A DNA stretch of 64,000 nt from Cyanophyceae cyanobacterium. GTDB lineage: Bacteria; Cyanobacteriota; Cyanobacteriia; Cyanobacteriales; JBHJGN01. Under the pieces are notes generated by a model. It was not told where the DNA came from. It did no database searches and was given only the letters and a program-made list of their open reading frames with translations. Shown in pieces: positions 9,432 to 19,702 of the stretch. The position numbers were made by a program, and so were the translations under genes. Where the stretch lies: contig JBHJGN010000031.1 of NCBI GenBank assembly GCA_050331735.1, positions 32,001-96,000 of the forward strand. Reading direction: 5' to 3'. Every line of letters starts with the position of its first letter. Position 1 is the first letter of the stretch.

Positions 9432-10898
9432 ATGTTTGAAGCCCTCGCAGATCGTTTAGAAGACGCTTGGAAAAAGGTCCGCGGCCAGGACAAGGTTTCC
9501 CAATCTAATATTCAGGAAGCGCTCAAAGAAGTTCGTCGCGCCCTGCTAGCGGCTGATGTCAACCTCCAGGTCGTAAAAACCTTCATCACAGAGGTAGAGG
9601 AGAAGGCTCTGGGTGCAGAAGTCATTTCTGGGGTCAATCCCGGTCAACAGTTTATCAAAATTGTCTATGACGAACTTGTTAAAGTGATGGGGGAAAGCCA
9701 TGCTCCCCTCGCTCAGGCAGAATCTCCGCCTACTGTTGTGCTGATGGCCGGTTTACAGGGAACCGGTAAGACGACCGCCACGGCGAAGCTTGCTCTCCAC
9801 CTCAAGAAACAGGAGCGTAGCTGCCTGATGGTAGCCACCGACGTGTATCGACCAGCCGCCATTGACCAGCTCATTACCCTCGGTCAACAGATTGATATTC
9901 CAGTCTTTGAACTAGGAACGGATGTCAATCCCGTAGAAATTGCTCGTCAAGGAGTTGCCCAAGCGCGAGCGACCGGAGTTGATACGGTGATTATCGACAC
10001 CGCTGGACGCCTGCAAATCGACCCGGAAATGATGGGAGAATTAGCCCAAATCAAAGCAGCCATCGAACCGGACGATACCCTACTTGTTGTCGATGCCATG
10101 ACGGGACAGGAAGCTGCCAACCTTACCCGCACTTTCTCTGAAGAAATCGGCATTACCGGGGCCATTCTCACTAAATTAGATGGGGATAGTCGAGGCGGTG
10201 CTGCCCTCTCGGTACGACAGGTATCCGGTCAGCCGATCAAGTTTGTGGGGGTTGGGGAAAAAGTCGAAGCGCTGCAACCATTTTACCCCGATCGCCTGGC
10301 CTCCCGCATTCTCAACATGGGCGACGTGCTTACCCTGGTCGAAAAAGCTCAGGAAGAACTCGATCTCTCTGATGTCGAGAGCATGCAGTCGAAGATTTTA
10401 GAAGCTAAATTCGATTTTAATGATTTTCTCAAGCAGATGCGGCTGCTCAAAAATATGGGCTCACTCGGTGGCGTTCTCAAGCTGATCCCAGGGATGAACA
10501 AGCTCAGTAGTTCGGATCTCGAAAAAGGCGAAGATCAGCTCAAGCGCACAGAGGCGATGATTAACTCTATGACCAGAGCAGAACGGACAGAGCCGGAGTT
10601 ACTAGCCTCTTCGCCGAGTCGCCGTCGCCGCGTTGCTAAAGGGTCTGGCTATGACGACCGCGAGGTTTCTAAACTGGTAAGCGACTTTACCCGAATGCGG
10701 ACGATGATGCAGCAGATGGGGCAAGGTGGAATGCCTGCCATGCCCGGAATTGGCGGCATGGGAGGAATGGGGGGTTTGGGCGGTATGTTTGGAGGCGGCA
10801 TGGGCAATGCGCCTCGTCCTGGCTTTCGCGGCTATGCTGGTGGCAATAAAAAGAAAAAGAAGAAAGGCAAAAAAAAGAAAGGTTTTGGCAATCTCTAG
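9432..10898 (+). CDS. ffh: Signal recognition particle protein Ffh
   Basis: GLQGTGKTT, DTAGR, TKLDGDSRGG; Met/Gly-rich tail. Confidence 0.97.
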   Translation: MFEALADRLEDAWKKVRGQDKVSQSNIQEALKEVRRALLAADVNLQVVKTFITEVEEKALGAEVISGVNPGQQFIKIVYDELVKVMGESHAPLAQAESPPTVVLMAGLQGTGKTTATAKLALHLKKQERSCLMVATDVYRPAAIDQLITLGQQIDIPVFELGTDVNPVEIARQGVAQARATGVDTVIIDTAGRLQIDPEMMGELAQIKAAIEPDDTLLVVDAMTGQEAANLTRTFSEEIGITGAILTKLDGDSRGGAALSVRQVSGQPIKFVGVGEKVEALQPFYPDRLASRILNMGDVLTLVEKAQEELDLSDVESMQSKILEAKFDFNDFLKQMRLLKNMGSLGGVLKLIPGMNKLSSSDLEKGEDQLKRTEAMINSMTRAERTEPELLASSPSRRRRVAKGSGYDDREVSKLVSDFTRMRTMMQQMGQGGMPAMPGIGGMGGMGGLGGMFGGGMGNAPRPGFRGYAGGNKKKKKKGKKKKGFGNL

Positions 10899-10952
10899 TC
10901 CCTAATTTTTTCCGAATGAGTTTAGAATCGTAAAGGAGAATTTTTAGATCCT

Positions 10953-11204
10953 ATGGTAAAACTGCGGTTAAAGAAATTAGGCAAAAAACGGGAAGCAAGC
11001 TATCGAATCGTCGCTGTTAAAAGCACGAGTCGCCGAGATGGTCGTCCTCTAGAAGAATTAGGCTTTTACAACCCTAGAACCGACGAAACTCGCCTCAATG
11101 TGCCAGCAATTGTTAAGAGACTAAAAGACGGCGCTCAGCCGACAGAGACGGTGCGCAGTATTTTGAGAAAAGCCAACGTTTTTGAACAAGTCAATGCCTC
11201 CTAA
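10953..11204 (+). CDS. rpsP: 30S ribosomal protein S16
   Basis: MVKLRL..GKK...YRIV...[13 protein letters not shown]. Confidence 0.97.
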   Translation: MVKLRLKKLGKKREASYRIVAVKSTSRRDGRPLEELGFYNPRTDETRLNVPAIVKRLKDGAQPTETVRSILRKANVFEQVNAS

Positions 11205-11571
11205 AAGAGCGACTTTTTCTCCTCAAGTTGGAAGCACTGGCCCTAATTATAATCAGCTAGTGAAATTTCTCATTGAGCCTTTTCTCGAATCGCCAGAGTC
11301 TCTGAAAACCCATTGCGAACGGATCAGCAGCAGTCAGCGCGTCTGGATTCGGGTGGCTTTTGAAGGGGCTGACAAGGGACGAGTTTTTGGACGGGGTGGA
11401 CGGAATATCCAGGCTATCCGAGCCGTGCTCAAGGCAGCGGCGGAGGCAGCAGGAGACTCTGTTTATTTAGATATCCATGGAAGCCACAGCAGCCAGTCTT
11501 CTCGAGACGGCAGTCGAAATGGAAAATCAGAGCGCTCCCGACGCGATCGCTCCTCGGTTGCCAAAGGCTAA
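11194..11571 (+). CDS. KH-domain RNA-binding protein (KhpA-like)
   Basis: [17 protein letters not shown]xxG motif; directly after rpsP. Confidence 0.88.
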   Translation: MPPKRATFSPQVGSTGPNYNQLVKFLIEPFLESPESLKTHCERISSSQRVWIRVAFEGADKGRVFGRGGRNIQAIRAVLKAAAEAAGDSVYLDIHGSHSSQSSRDGSRNGKSERSRRDRSSVAKG

Positions 11572-11596
11572 TGGCAAGGGTTTTGCTGAATCCTGA

Positions 11597-12607
11597 TTAA
11601 ATTAGGGCGCTGTGGTTAAGCCGCTCTAAGGATTGCCAAACAGCCTGCAACAGGGGATCAAGACCCGCTCGAGTGACGGCTGAGATGGCAAAAACGGGAG
11701 CTGAGGTAAGCTGGGCCAATTCTTCAGCGACGAGGATGTTTATCTCTGGCTCTGCCGCATCTAACTTGTTCAGCACGATAAGTTGGGGGCGCTGCTCTAG
11801 TCCTCGTCCGTAGGCTTGCAGCTCTTGTTGAATCACCTGGTAATCGGCTATGGGATCGGCAGACGTTAAATCAATAACGTGCAGCAGAATGCGGGTCCGT
11901 TCGATATGCCGGAGAAAATCGTAGCCCAGACCCACGCCGACATGGGCTCCCTCAATCAGTCCAGGAATATCGGCAAACACCGTTCCATCTCCGGTCGGTT
12001 TACGGACGACTCCCAAATTAGGAATCAGAGTGGTAAACGGATAGTCAGCGATTTTCGGGCGAGCTGAAGACAGAGCCGCAATTAACGTCGATTTGCCAGC
12101 ATTGGGTAGGCCAATAATACCAACCTCAGCAAGCAGCTTCAATTCCAGGCGCAACTGCCTGTGTTCACCCGGTAGCCCAGGGAGGGCGTACTCTGGGGCT
12201 CGATTGCTATTGCTTAAAAAGTGTCGATTGCCTAAACCCCCCTTGCCGCCAGTCGCCACACAAACCGTTTCTCCAGGAGCAACCAGATCCTTTAAGAGCT
12301 TGCCCGTATCCGCTTCAGCAATTAGCGTTCCGCAAGGCACTTCAACGAGCAAATCTTCTCCGGCTGCTCCGGTACAGTTATTGGGGCCGCCTCGTTTACC
12401 ATCCTTAGCTTTGAAGCGGCGCGTATACTTGAAATCTAGCAGCGTTTGTAAATGCTCCACTGCTTTGAAGAATATGGACCCTCCTCGTCCGCCATTTCCG
12501 CCCGCTGGACCTCCAGCCGGAACATACTTTTCCCGGCGGAAGGCGATAATACCATCTCCCCCTTTACCCGCTTCAACTTCGATCACGGCTCGGTCAATAA
12601 ACTGCAT
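11597..12607 (-). CDS. obgE: GTPase ObgE/CgtA
   Basis: [46 protein letters not shown]. Confidence 0.97.
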   Translation of the reverse strand: MQFIDRAVIEVEAGKGGDGIIAFRREKYVPAGGPAGGNGGRGGSIFFKAVEHLQTLLDFKYTRRFKAKDGKRGGPNNCTGAAGEDLLVEVPCGTLIAEADTGKLLKDLVAPGETVCVATGGKGGLGNRHFLSNSNRAPEYALPGLPGEHRQLRLELKLLAEVGIIGLPNAGKSTLIAALSSARPKIADYPFTTLIPNLGVVRKPTGDGTVFADIPGLIEGAHVGVGLGYDFLRHIERTRILLHVIDLTSADPIADYQVIQQELQAYGRGLEQRPQLIVLNKLDAAEPEINILVAEELAQLTSAPVFAISAVTRAGLDPLLQAVWQSLERLNHSALI

Positions 12608-12754
12608 TTCGGAACAATGAGGTACTCAGTATGAAAGTCTCGTAGCAGCAAGAATAGGGAACAGCTTGATGAGGCTAGCCAATGAGCCTGCCGCTAACTT
12701 TTGCTTGCTTCTAGCCTAGCAATTCTTGACTGAGCTGAGCGTTGAGTCCAGCCG

Positions 12755-13426
12755 CTAAATGTACTGGGAAACATCTTCTTCACATTCATCGGCTAGATAA
12801 GATAAAGAGCGAAAGCGCAGGCCAACTAACTGTTCGTACAGAGGATTGAGTTTGCAAAGAGGCGGAATATGAACGATCTTGCGTCCAAATAGCTTGACAT
12901 CTCTTTCAAACGGACACTGGGGCGGAACCATTTTACAAACAAATTTGGCGATGCGCTGGTCTTTGACATCCAAACCGTCAAGCCACTCTTTTACGGGCTG
13001 CAAAATATCTGAATGGGGATAATGAGTGGAACCACTGGAAGCTAACTGGTCGGCTTGGTCTTGCTCAGGATTGTAGAGAGTGTGTTCTAAAGACTTGAGG
13101 GCTTCTACTTTTAATCCCAGAGCATCATTAAACTGCTTGAGAAGTTCGGCTTCAGCAGAGGAATATACCCCATCCGCTACCGCTACCATGACGGCGGTTC
13201 TTAAAAAATCTTCTGCCGCATCTTGTTCCTTTAATTCATCCGCTAACTCTTCTGGCGTAATTGAGCTAAACGGAACATCGGAAACTGCTAGCTCTTGAGT
13301 TAGCTGAGCAATAAGCTCTTGTTCTTCTGGTTCGTATTCTCCATCAGCCCAAGCGATGGTCAGTAAGCCGCGCAGCCAGGCGGTAATTTGGCTATTAGTC
13401 AGGGGGTGAGCGACACAATCCATCAT
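12755..13426 (-). CDS. TerB-like N-terminus plus 'Mo-dependent nitrogenase C-terminal' domain protein
   Basis: AWADG and AVADG TerB-like motifs; QCPFERD...IPPLCKLNPLYEQLVGLRFRSL. Confidence 0.85.
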   Translation of the reverse strand: MMDCVAHPLTNSQITAWLRGLLTIAWADGEYEPEEQELIAQLTQELAVSDVPFSSITPEELADELKEQDAAEDFLRTAVMVAVADGVYSSAEAELLKQFNDALGLKVEALKSLEHTLYNPEQDQADQLASSGSTHYPHSDILQPVKEWLDGLDVKDQRIAKFVCKMVPPQCPFERDVKLFGRKIVHIPPLCKLNPLYEQLVGLRFRSLSYLADECEEDVSQYI

Positions 13427-13539
13427 TTATTAACAAAACTATACAATGTACTCTAGTTCGATCATAGCTCTAGCTCTTCTTCATAGGCTAGAAAAATGAG
13501 CAAAATTGTTAGCTCTTGTTGATAGACCATCAAGCAAAA

Positions 13540-14211
13540 CTACGAGCCTCCAAGCGATCGCCGACCTTCTCTCAACGCCAGGCTGACTGTTGCGGCTCCC
13601 AATACTTTAATGTCATGCCGACGCAGCACTTGGGCTGCCTGTCTGACAGTCGCGCCAGTTGTATACACATCATCAACGAGCAGGACGGGGACCGCTGGAG
13701 GTTGCTGCTGAAATGTTCCTAAGCTAAAGGCATTTCTGAGGTTGCTTTCCCGTTGCTCCCGGCTGAGTTCATACATCGCCTGAGTTTCCCGAGTTCTTAC
13801 CAGTCCGTGGGGCTGAAAGGACGCGTTGGTGTATTGACAAAAACTGCGGGCAATGATGGCTGCCTGGTTGTAGCCCCGCGTCTTTAACTTCTGAGCATGT
13901 AGGGGAATGGGGACAGCAACGCAATGAGAGTTTGCCGAGGTATTGACCCAAGCTTTGGCTAACCAGCAACCGAGAAGCTCTCCGAGCTGAGGGCAGTTAT
14001 GGTATTTCAGGGTGGCAATGGCCCTTTTGAGGGGTCCACGATAGTCACCCCAGGCAAAGAGAGGCAGGTCTCCGTGCCAACAGCAACCCGGTTTGTTCAA
14101 AGCACACTGATAGAGCTGCCGCTGGCAGAATTCACAAATAGATTCTGGGGTAGAACGTTCGCATAAAGCACAGCGGGACTCTAAAAATAAGGACAGCAAA
14201 TTGTTCAACAT
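13540..14211 (-). CDS. comF: ComF family phosphoribosyltransferase-like protein
   Basis: CxxC...CxxC; PIPLH...RGYNQA; LLVDDVYTTGAT. Confidence 0.9.
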   Translation of the reverse strand: MLNNLLSLFLESRCALCERSTPESICEFCQRQLYQCALNKPGCCWHGDLPLFAWGDYRGPLKRAIATLKYHNCPQLGELLGCWLAKAWVNTSANSHCVAVPIPLHAQKLKTRGYNQAAIIARSFCQYTNASFQPHGLVRTRETQAMYELSREQRESNLRNAFSLGTFQQQPPAVPVLLVDDVYTTGATVRQAAQVLRRHDIKVLGAATVSLALREGRRSLGGS

Positions 14212-14570
14212 GGTCTTTCAGCAGACAGCAAACTGAAAAAGGATTTAGCGTTCGTTTTCTCCAGAACTTTTGGGAGCGAGAGCCTTGTCAAGGGTGAGCT
14301 GCTGAGGCAAATAACGACTCAATAAACGCTGAATAGAAAAGTTCCAAGCGCTACTTATCCTCCTTGACCTGGAAAGCTGTGGACAAGCGATCACGATTAT
14401 TCTAAATATTAGTTAATCATTGTTCTCCTCGATATTAGTCGTGATGATTAAATCTCTACAAAGATAGCGACTCTTACCCGAGCGCGCTTCTGTGGAACTA
14501 CAGAAAGGAATTGTGTGGAGCTTGCCCCAGTACCGTAACATGGTAAGAAAGAGCTTCATAAATTCGAGCG

Positions 14571-14939
14571 ATGACTTCAACAAATTCAAATAAAACAGAC
14601 AACGATAAGTCTCTCAAGGCGATGAAAAGCTTTTCAGAGCAATATGCCAAGCGAACCGACACTTATTTCTGCGTCGATCCGTCAGTCACTGCCGTTGTTA
14701 TTGAAGGACTGGCACGCCATAAAGATGAATTGGGAGCCCCTTTGTGTCCTTGCCGTCATTATGAAGACAAAGAAGCAGAAGTTAAAAACAGTTTCTGGAA
14801 TTGCCCGTGCGTTCCCATGCGAGAGCGGAAAGAGTGTCACTGCATGCTGTTTATTACCCCTGATAATGAATTTGCTGGCGACAAACAGGAAATTGACCTA
14901 GAAGCGATTAAAGAAGTCCGCGACAGCATGGCTTCTTAG
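14571..14939 (+). CDS. ftrC: Ferredoxin-thioredoxin reductase catalytic subunit
   Basis: LCPCRH, NCPC, ECHC Fe-S/disulfide motifs. Confidence 0.96.
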   Translation: MTSTNSNKTDNDKSLKAMKSFSEQYAKRTDTYFCVDPSVTAVVIEGLARHKDELGAPLCPCRHYEDKEAEVKNSFWNCPCVPMRERKECHCMLFITPDNEFAGDKQEIDLEAIKEVRDSMAS

Positions 14940-14943
14940 AACC

Positions 14944-15357
14944 ATGAACCCGCTACCGTCTTTCTGGCAGGGAGTTAAGGAGTTTAACGGCCAAGAGTTC
15001 TATGCCTGTCACGATACTTTCGAGGCTCTGTGGGTTGAAGCTCCAGAGTCCGACAAGGCTTTTTACCAGGGAATTTTACAAATTGCGGTTGGCTGTTACC
15101 ATCTCGAGAATTACAACTGGCGCGGTGCCGTCATTTTATTGGGAGAAGGAGTCAGAAAACTATGCGATTATCAACCGCATCATCACGGCGTTGATGTCGA
15201 GCGGTTGGTAGACGAAAGTGCTCAGCTCCTGAGAGCCTTGCAGCAGATTGAACCAGAGTCGATCGAGCAGTTTGTTCAGCCACTGACTTCATCTGGGAGC
15301 CACTGTACCGAGTCAGACAGGAATCTTCATCTCCCTCAAATTGTTTCAGTTGCCTAA
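14944..15357 (+). CDS. DUF309 family protein
   Basis: FN..EFYACHD..EALW...YQGILQIAVG.YH. Confidence 0.9.
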   Translation: MNPLPSFWQGVKEFNGQEFYACHDTFEALWVEAPESDKAFYQGILQIAVGCYHLENYNWRGAVILLGEGVRKLCDYQPHHHGVDVERLVDESAQLLRALQQIEPESIEQFVQPLTSSGSHCTESDRNLHLPQIVSVA

Positions 15358-15482
15358 CAAGCTCTACTAACAGGAACTTAGTCGCGCCAGTCACCGTCTA
15401 AAAATGTGAAAACATTAACCCAAATTAGCCTGCTCAAGTCTTTCATACATTTCCATAATTTCGTCACACTAAGCCGCTAGTC

Positions 15483-15935
15483 ATGTTCTGTAGACAATCC
15501 TTAAGGCGCTGCTTCAACCGGCTATGGGCAACAACCGCAGCGATAGCAGTAGTGCTCACCTCTGTTTCGCCTACAGTTGAGGCTCAAACCGATAGCGGTG
15601 CGCTCACTGTCCGTTCGGATATTCAAGAAGCCAATTCTGAAACCGGAGTGATCACGGCCAGAGGGAACGTGCAGATTAACTATCCAGCTCGTCAGATTCA
15701 AGCCACGGCAGCTCAGGCACAATACTTTAGTCGAGAACGTCGCTTAGTGCTTAGTGGCAACGTTTACGTGCTTCAAGAGGGCAACAGTATGCGAGCTGAA
15801 ACGATGACTTATCTAATTGATGAAGGACGCTTCATTGCTACCCCTAAATCCGACCGGCAGGTAGAGTCAACTTATATTGTCTCCGACCCAGACAACGGAG
15901 AGGAGGCTCCTACCATTCCGCCACTGAGTCCCTAA
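15483..15935 (+). CDS. lptA: LptA/OstA family LPS transport protein
   Basis: Signal peptide; TARGNV, AQYFSRE, LSGNV beta-jellyroll; upstream of lptB. Confidence 0.85.
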   Translation: MFCRQSLRRCFNRLWATTAAIAVVLTSVSPTVEAQTDSGALTVRSDIQEANSETGVITARGNVQINYPARQIQATAAQAQYFSRERRLVLSGNVYVLQEGNSMRAETMTYLIDEGRFIATPKSDRQVESTYIVSDPDNGEEAPTIPPLSP

Positions 15936-15978
15936 GCCTGACGGTAGCGAGAGTTTCAATTCTACGAGCCTCAAACCT

Positions 15979-16707
15979 GTGACCATTGTTCTCGAGAATA
16001 TCCACAAATCCTACGGCAAAAAAATTGTTGTTAGTCGGGTTAATCTTAAAGTCTCTCGGGGAGAGATTGTTGGATTACTGGGTCCGAACGGAGCGGGCAA
16101 AACCACAATTTTTTATATCGCTACCGGCCTCGTTAAGCCAGACGCAGGCAGAGTTTGGCTGGCTCAACAGGATGTTACGGCGCTATCAATTGACAGACGC
16201 GCTCATTTAGGAATTGGCTATTTAACTCAGCAGCCGAGCATCTTTCGTCATCTGAGCGTTCAAGATAATATTCAACTGGTGCTTGAACAAACGGTTAAAT
16301 CTCCTCGTCTGCGAGATAGCCGGCGGCAAAAGCTGCTGCAAGAATTTCGCCTCGAACAGGTTGCCAATACTAAAGGTTCCTGGGTTTCAGGAGGGGAAAG
16401 ACGACGCACAGAGCTAGCGAGAGCGTTAGCCGTTGGTCAAAGCGGACCAGAATTTTTGCTGCTAGATGAGCCGTTTGCCGGAGTCGATCCCATTGCTGTT
16501 GCCGAAATTCAAAAAATAATTGCTCAGCTTCGCGATCGCTCGATGGGTATTCTGATTACCGATCATAATGTGCGAGAAACCCTCGCTATCACTGACCGCG
16601 CCTATATTATGAGAGACGGTCAAATTCTCGCTTCCGGGACGGCAGAAGAACTTTACAACAATCCACTCGTTCGACAGTACTATCTAGGAGATCACTTTCA
16701 CCTTTAG
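15979..16707 (+). CDS. lptB: LPS export ABC ATPase LptB
   Basis: GPNGAGKTT, SGGERRRTE, LDEPFAGVDP, ITDHNVRETL. Confidence 0.94.
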   Translation: MTIVLENIHKSYGKKIVVSRVNLKVSRGEIVGLLGPNGAGKTTIFYIATGLVKPDAGRVWLAQQDVTALSIDRRAHLGIGYLTQQPSIFRHLSVQDNIQLVLEQTVKSPRLRDSRRQKLLQEFRLEQVANTKGSWVSGGERRRTELARALAVGQSGPEFLLLDEPFAGVDPIAVAEIQKIIAQLRDRSMGILITDHNVRETLAITDRAYIMRDGQILASGTAEELYNNPLVRQYYLGDHFHL

Positions 16708-16710
16708 TTC

Positions 16711-17874
16711 TTAATCAGCTCTGTCTCCTGAGTACTTGTACTGAGGCCACAGCCAATGGTAGATAGAGGTAACGAGCCAAATCACAGCCAGAGGAAAAAT
16801 AACAAACCAGATTGTTCGGTAGTTAATCAGTCCGAACAAGCTAAAGACCGTGCGGGGAATGGGAGTAGTATCCCATAAAACTCCAATCAAGGCTGCCGAA
16901 AACAGTGAACTACTGATGAGAAGGACAGTGGGCATTTTTGCTAGCCAAGTGGGACGAAGCCATCGAGGATAGAAGCGTTCGTAGAGCTGCTGCCAGTCAG
17001 GAAAAGCGGCATAAACGCTAAGCACCGCCGCAAACGGAATACCGAGAAAAAATGTGTTACAGCTATGAAAGATTAGCACAAGACGAAAAATGATCGCCCG
17101 TGCTACACCACTAAACAGGACAAGGATAAAGGCTGTCTCAAACAGCAGCACAATGTATTGAGACGGGACGATTAAAAATCTGGAGCGGGCCAGCAGCAGT
17201 CCGAGAGGATTGACGGGAAAGCCGTTATTGAGGTAGCTAGCAATCCCTTTACTAAGCATGAAGTTGCTAACGTAGTTGGGATTAGTAATCCAGTCTCCTT
17301 CCTTAATTTTGATGACTGCAGACGATAAAAATAGAAAGCTGAGGACTACCATAAGTCCGCGTGATGGCCAAATATAGTGCCAGGATGAGTCATGGGGATG
17401 GGGAACAAACTGACTGCGCCTCTGCTTCAAAAGTGCATCAATTGAGTAAGTGCTCCCCCAATTTGAAAAAAACATAAACAAAGGCACGTAGAAAACAAGC
17501 AGCATCAACGTGTGTTCTCGCAAAAGCAGACTATGGCGCATAACCGCTAAACCAAACCCACAGAGAAATACCAGTAAGGTTGCCGTGCGGGTCCGATAGC
17601 CAACTAGCAGTAATATGAGCGCTGCTGCTAGCATAGATTCTGCCACTAGAAAAATCCCCTGAGGCGGCTGACTCAACCAAAAAAACAGCCTCGACGGATT
17701 CCACTGAGCGGTAGGGATTGTCTCTAATTCAGTAAACTCTAAATAGCTGAAAAACCATAGATAAAAAACACTATAGATAATCCTGTATAAACCTATCCGT
17801 CCAGCCGCATGCTCTGCTGGGGTGCTAAGCCATCTGGAATAGGGGATTTTGATCCCTTGCAGAAATTTAATCAT
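16711..17874 (-). CDS. HTTM / vitamin-K-dependent carboxylase-like polytopic membrane protein
   Basis: GLYRI, LVGYRTR, YSIDA, SAVIK...DW, FE and FH..N motifs in HTTM order. Confidence 0.7.
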   Translation of the reverse strand: MIKFLQGIKIPYSRWLSTPAEHAAGRIGLYRIIYSVFYLWFFSYLEFTELETIPTAQWNPSRLFFWLSQPPQGIFLVAESMLAAALILLLVGYRTRTATLLVFLCGFGLAVMRHSLLLREHTLMLLVFYVPLFMFFSNWGSTYSIDALLKQRRSQFVPHPHDSSWHYIWPSRGLMVVLSFLFLSSAVIKIKEGDWITNPNYVSNFMLSKGIASYLNNGFPVNPLGLLLARSRFLIVPSQYIVLLFETAFILVLFSGVARAIIFRLVLIFHSCNTFFLGIPFAAVLSVYAAFPDWQQLYERFYPRWLRPTWLAKMPTVLLISSSLFSAALIGVLWDTTPIPRTVFSLFGLINYRTIWFVIFPLAVIWLVTSIYHWLWPQYKYSGDRAD

Positions 17875-18392
17875 TTTTTTGAGGAGACGGCGTACTCTTG
17901 AGCTTGAAAACGGCCCACTCTCTTCATGTTGACGGGCTGATCGATTCGGAGAGGCGGATACTCGTCAAAGTTAACATTCCAGGTGAATTGCCAAGCTTCA
18001 ACGGTTTCTACTTCTACACCCAAAATTGCTTCTATCTGTTTAACGAGGGAAGTACGAAATCGTCGCCGTTTTTTAGCACTATTGTCCTCATCAAAGCTGC
18101 TCTGAATAAGATTCTGTCCGGGCCTCTGATTAGATGTATCGTCGTCTAGCGTATAAAGATCCATTGAGCGTAACGAGTGCCATTGCCCACCAGTATCTAA
18201 GATTCTTAGCTCAACACGGTTAGCCGATTGAGGAATTTGATAATTTCCTGCAGAATACAGATCCCAATAAACAAAGGGCCAGTGTTTCTGCTGACCAGAG
18301 GACAGCACCAGCAACAATACTGTCCCCGCAATGAACAGTTCGGCCAAGCGAAGCTGCCGCCGTTTAGTTAGCTGATTATCGCTCAGTTTCAC
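17871..18392 (-). CDS. Hypothetical single-TM protein coupled to the HTTM gene
   Basis: One N-terminal TM followed by HWPFVYWDLYS; ATGA overlap with the downstream gene. Confidence 0.75.
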   Translation of the reverse strand: MKLSDNQLTKRRQLRLAELFIAGTVLLLVLSSGQQKHWPFVYWDLYSAGNYQIPQSANRVELRILDTGGQWHSLRSMDLYTLDDDTSNQRPGQNLIQSSFDEDNSAKKRRRFRTSLVKQIEAILGVEVETVEAWQFTWNVNFDEYPPLRIDQPVNMKRVGRFQAQEYAVSSKK

Positions 18393-18505
18393 GCACTCAC
18401 TTACCTCTGTTGAATGTCAGAAACCAAGATCCTACTTCACTCTCTGATTTAACCATTATTTCCCACCGTTAAATTCGTCCCTATAATATGAAACTTAAAG
18501 TTCAT

Positions 18506-19615
18506 TTAAAGAGCTTCTGCTGTGGCTGGAGAGGCGGCTAGTTCTTCTAATTGTTCCTGCTGATCCTGGGCAATGCAGGATTGTAGCACTTCTTCTAGGT
18601 TTCCTTCCAAAACCCCCGCTAAGCTAAAGTTTTGGTTCAGTCGGTGATCTGTAGCGCGGTTGTCTTTGTAATTGTAGGTGCGAATCTTCTCGGAGCGTGC
18701 GCCAGTCCCTACCTGTGATCGCCGCCTGGATGTGACCTCAGCTTGCTGTTCCTGGAGCTTCATCTCGTATAGCTTTGCGCGCAGAATCTGCATCGCTCGC
18801 TCGCGGTTTTGTAGCTGCGAGCGTTCTTCGGTACAAAAAATTCTAATCCCTGTCGGTTTATGAAACAGGTCAACAGCCGTTTCTACTTTATTGACGTTTT
18901 GTCCGCCAGCGCCGCCGGAACGAGCGGTACTCACTTCAATCTCTTTCGGGTCTATCTCAATTTCGACCGCATCTACTTCTGGCATCACAGCCACCGTTGC
19001 TGTTGAGGTATGCACCCTGCCTCCGGCCTCTGTCACCGGCACCCGCTGAACGCGGTGGACCCCGGCTTCGTACTTGAGCTTACTATAAACCTGCTCTCCC
19101 TGAATCTCGAGAATGGCTTCTTTAAATCCTCCCATATCCGCTAGGGACTCGCTCACCAGCTTGACGTTCCAGCCCTGAGATTCGGCATAGCGGGAGTACA
19201 GGCGAACCAAATCCCCGGCCCAGATACTTGCCTCATCGCCTCCGGTGCCAGCACGAATCTCCAGCATAATGTTCTTCTCGTCGTTAGGGTCACGGGGCAG
19301 CAGCAAAATTTTGAGCCGCGTTTCCAAGGCTTCAAGTCTGTCTTCTAGCTCCTGAACTTCTAGCGCGGCCATTTCCTTGAGCTCTGTATCTCCGCTGGCT
19401 TCTTTAAGAATCTGTCGTGCTCCGGCCAACTCTTCTTGGGACTCTTTCCACTGCTCATAGGTAAGGACGGTTTCTTCAAGAGAAGAACGCGCTTTGGCGA
19501 TTTTTTGCAGCTCGTCTGGATTGGTCGCGATATCCGGGTCGGCCAGACGGCGCGTTAATTCTTGAAAGGTTTGCTCAACGGAGTGCAGTTTTTCTAGCAG
19601 ATAAGTCTCAGCCAT
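18506..19615 (-). CDS. prfA: Peptide chain release factor 1
   Basis: PVT tripeptide, GGQ motif, EKIRTYN. Confidence 0.97.
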   Translation of the reverse strand: MAETYLLEKLHSVEQTFQELTRRLADPDIATNPDELQKIAKARSSLEETVLTYEQWKESQEELAGARQILKEASGDTELKEMAALEVQELEDRLEALETRLKILLLPRDPNDEKNIMLEIRAGTGGDEASIWAGDLVRLYSRYAESQGWNVKLVSESLADMGGFKEAILEIQGEQVYSKLKYEAGVHRVQRVPVTEAGGRVHTSTATVAVMPEVDAVEIEIDPKEIEVSTARSGGAGGQNVNKVETAVDLFHKPTGIRIFCTEERSQLQNRERAMQILRAKLYEMKLQEQQAEVTSRRRSQVGTGARSEKIRTYNYKDNRATDHRLNQNFSLAGVLEGNLEEVLQSCIAQDQQEQLEELAASPATAEAL

Positions 19616-19702
19616 AGTGACAGGATAGAACGCTTACAAAAAATAGCTCAGGCGCGATCGCGCCCTCAATAAACTCAGCCAAATCTCGACGGAGTTACCG
19701 CG

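Noticed and set aside
10720..10890. GGM repeats and poly-Lys in the Ffh tail
   Set aside because: Common low-complexity tail of cyanobacterial Ffh
12093..12620. 175-aa ORF antisense to obgE, and many similar shadow ORFs
   Set aside because: Antisense shadows of conserved genes with no independent motifs
12755..13426. 'Nitrogenase' domain name suggesting N2 fixation
   Set aside because: The domain is widespread in cyanobacteria and is not a nitrogenase subunit; no nif genes in the window
19651..19664. 14-bp palindrome GGCGCGATCGCGCC between rpmE and prfA
   Set aside because: Explained as a HIP1 site with a short chance extension
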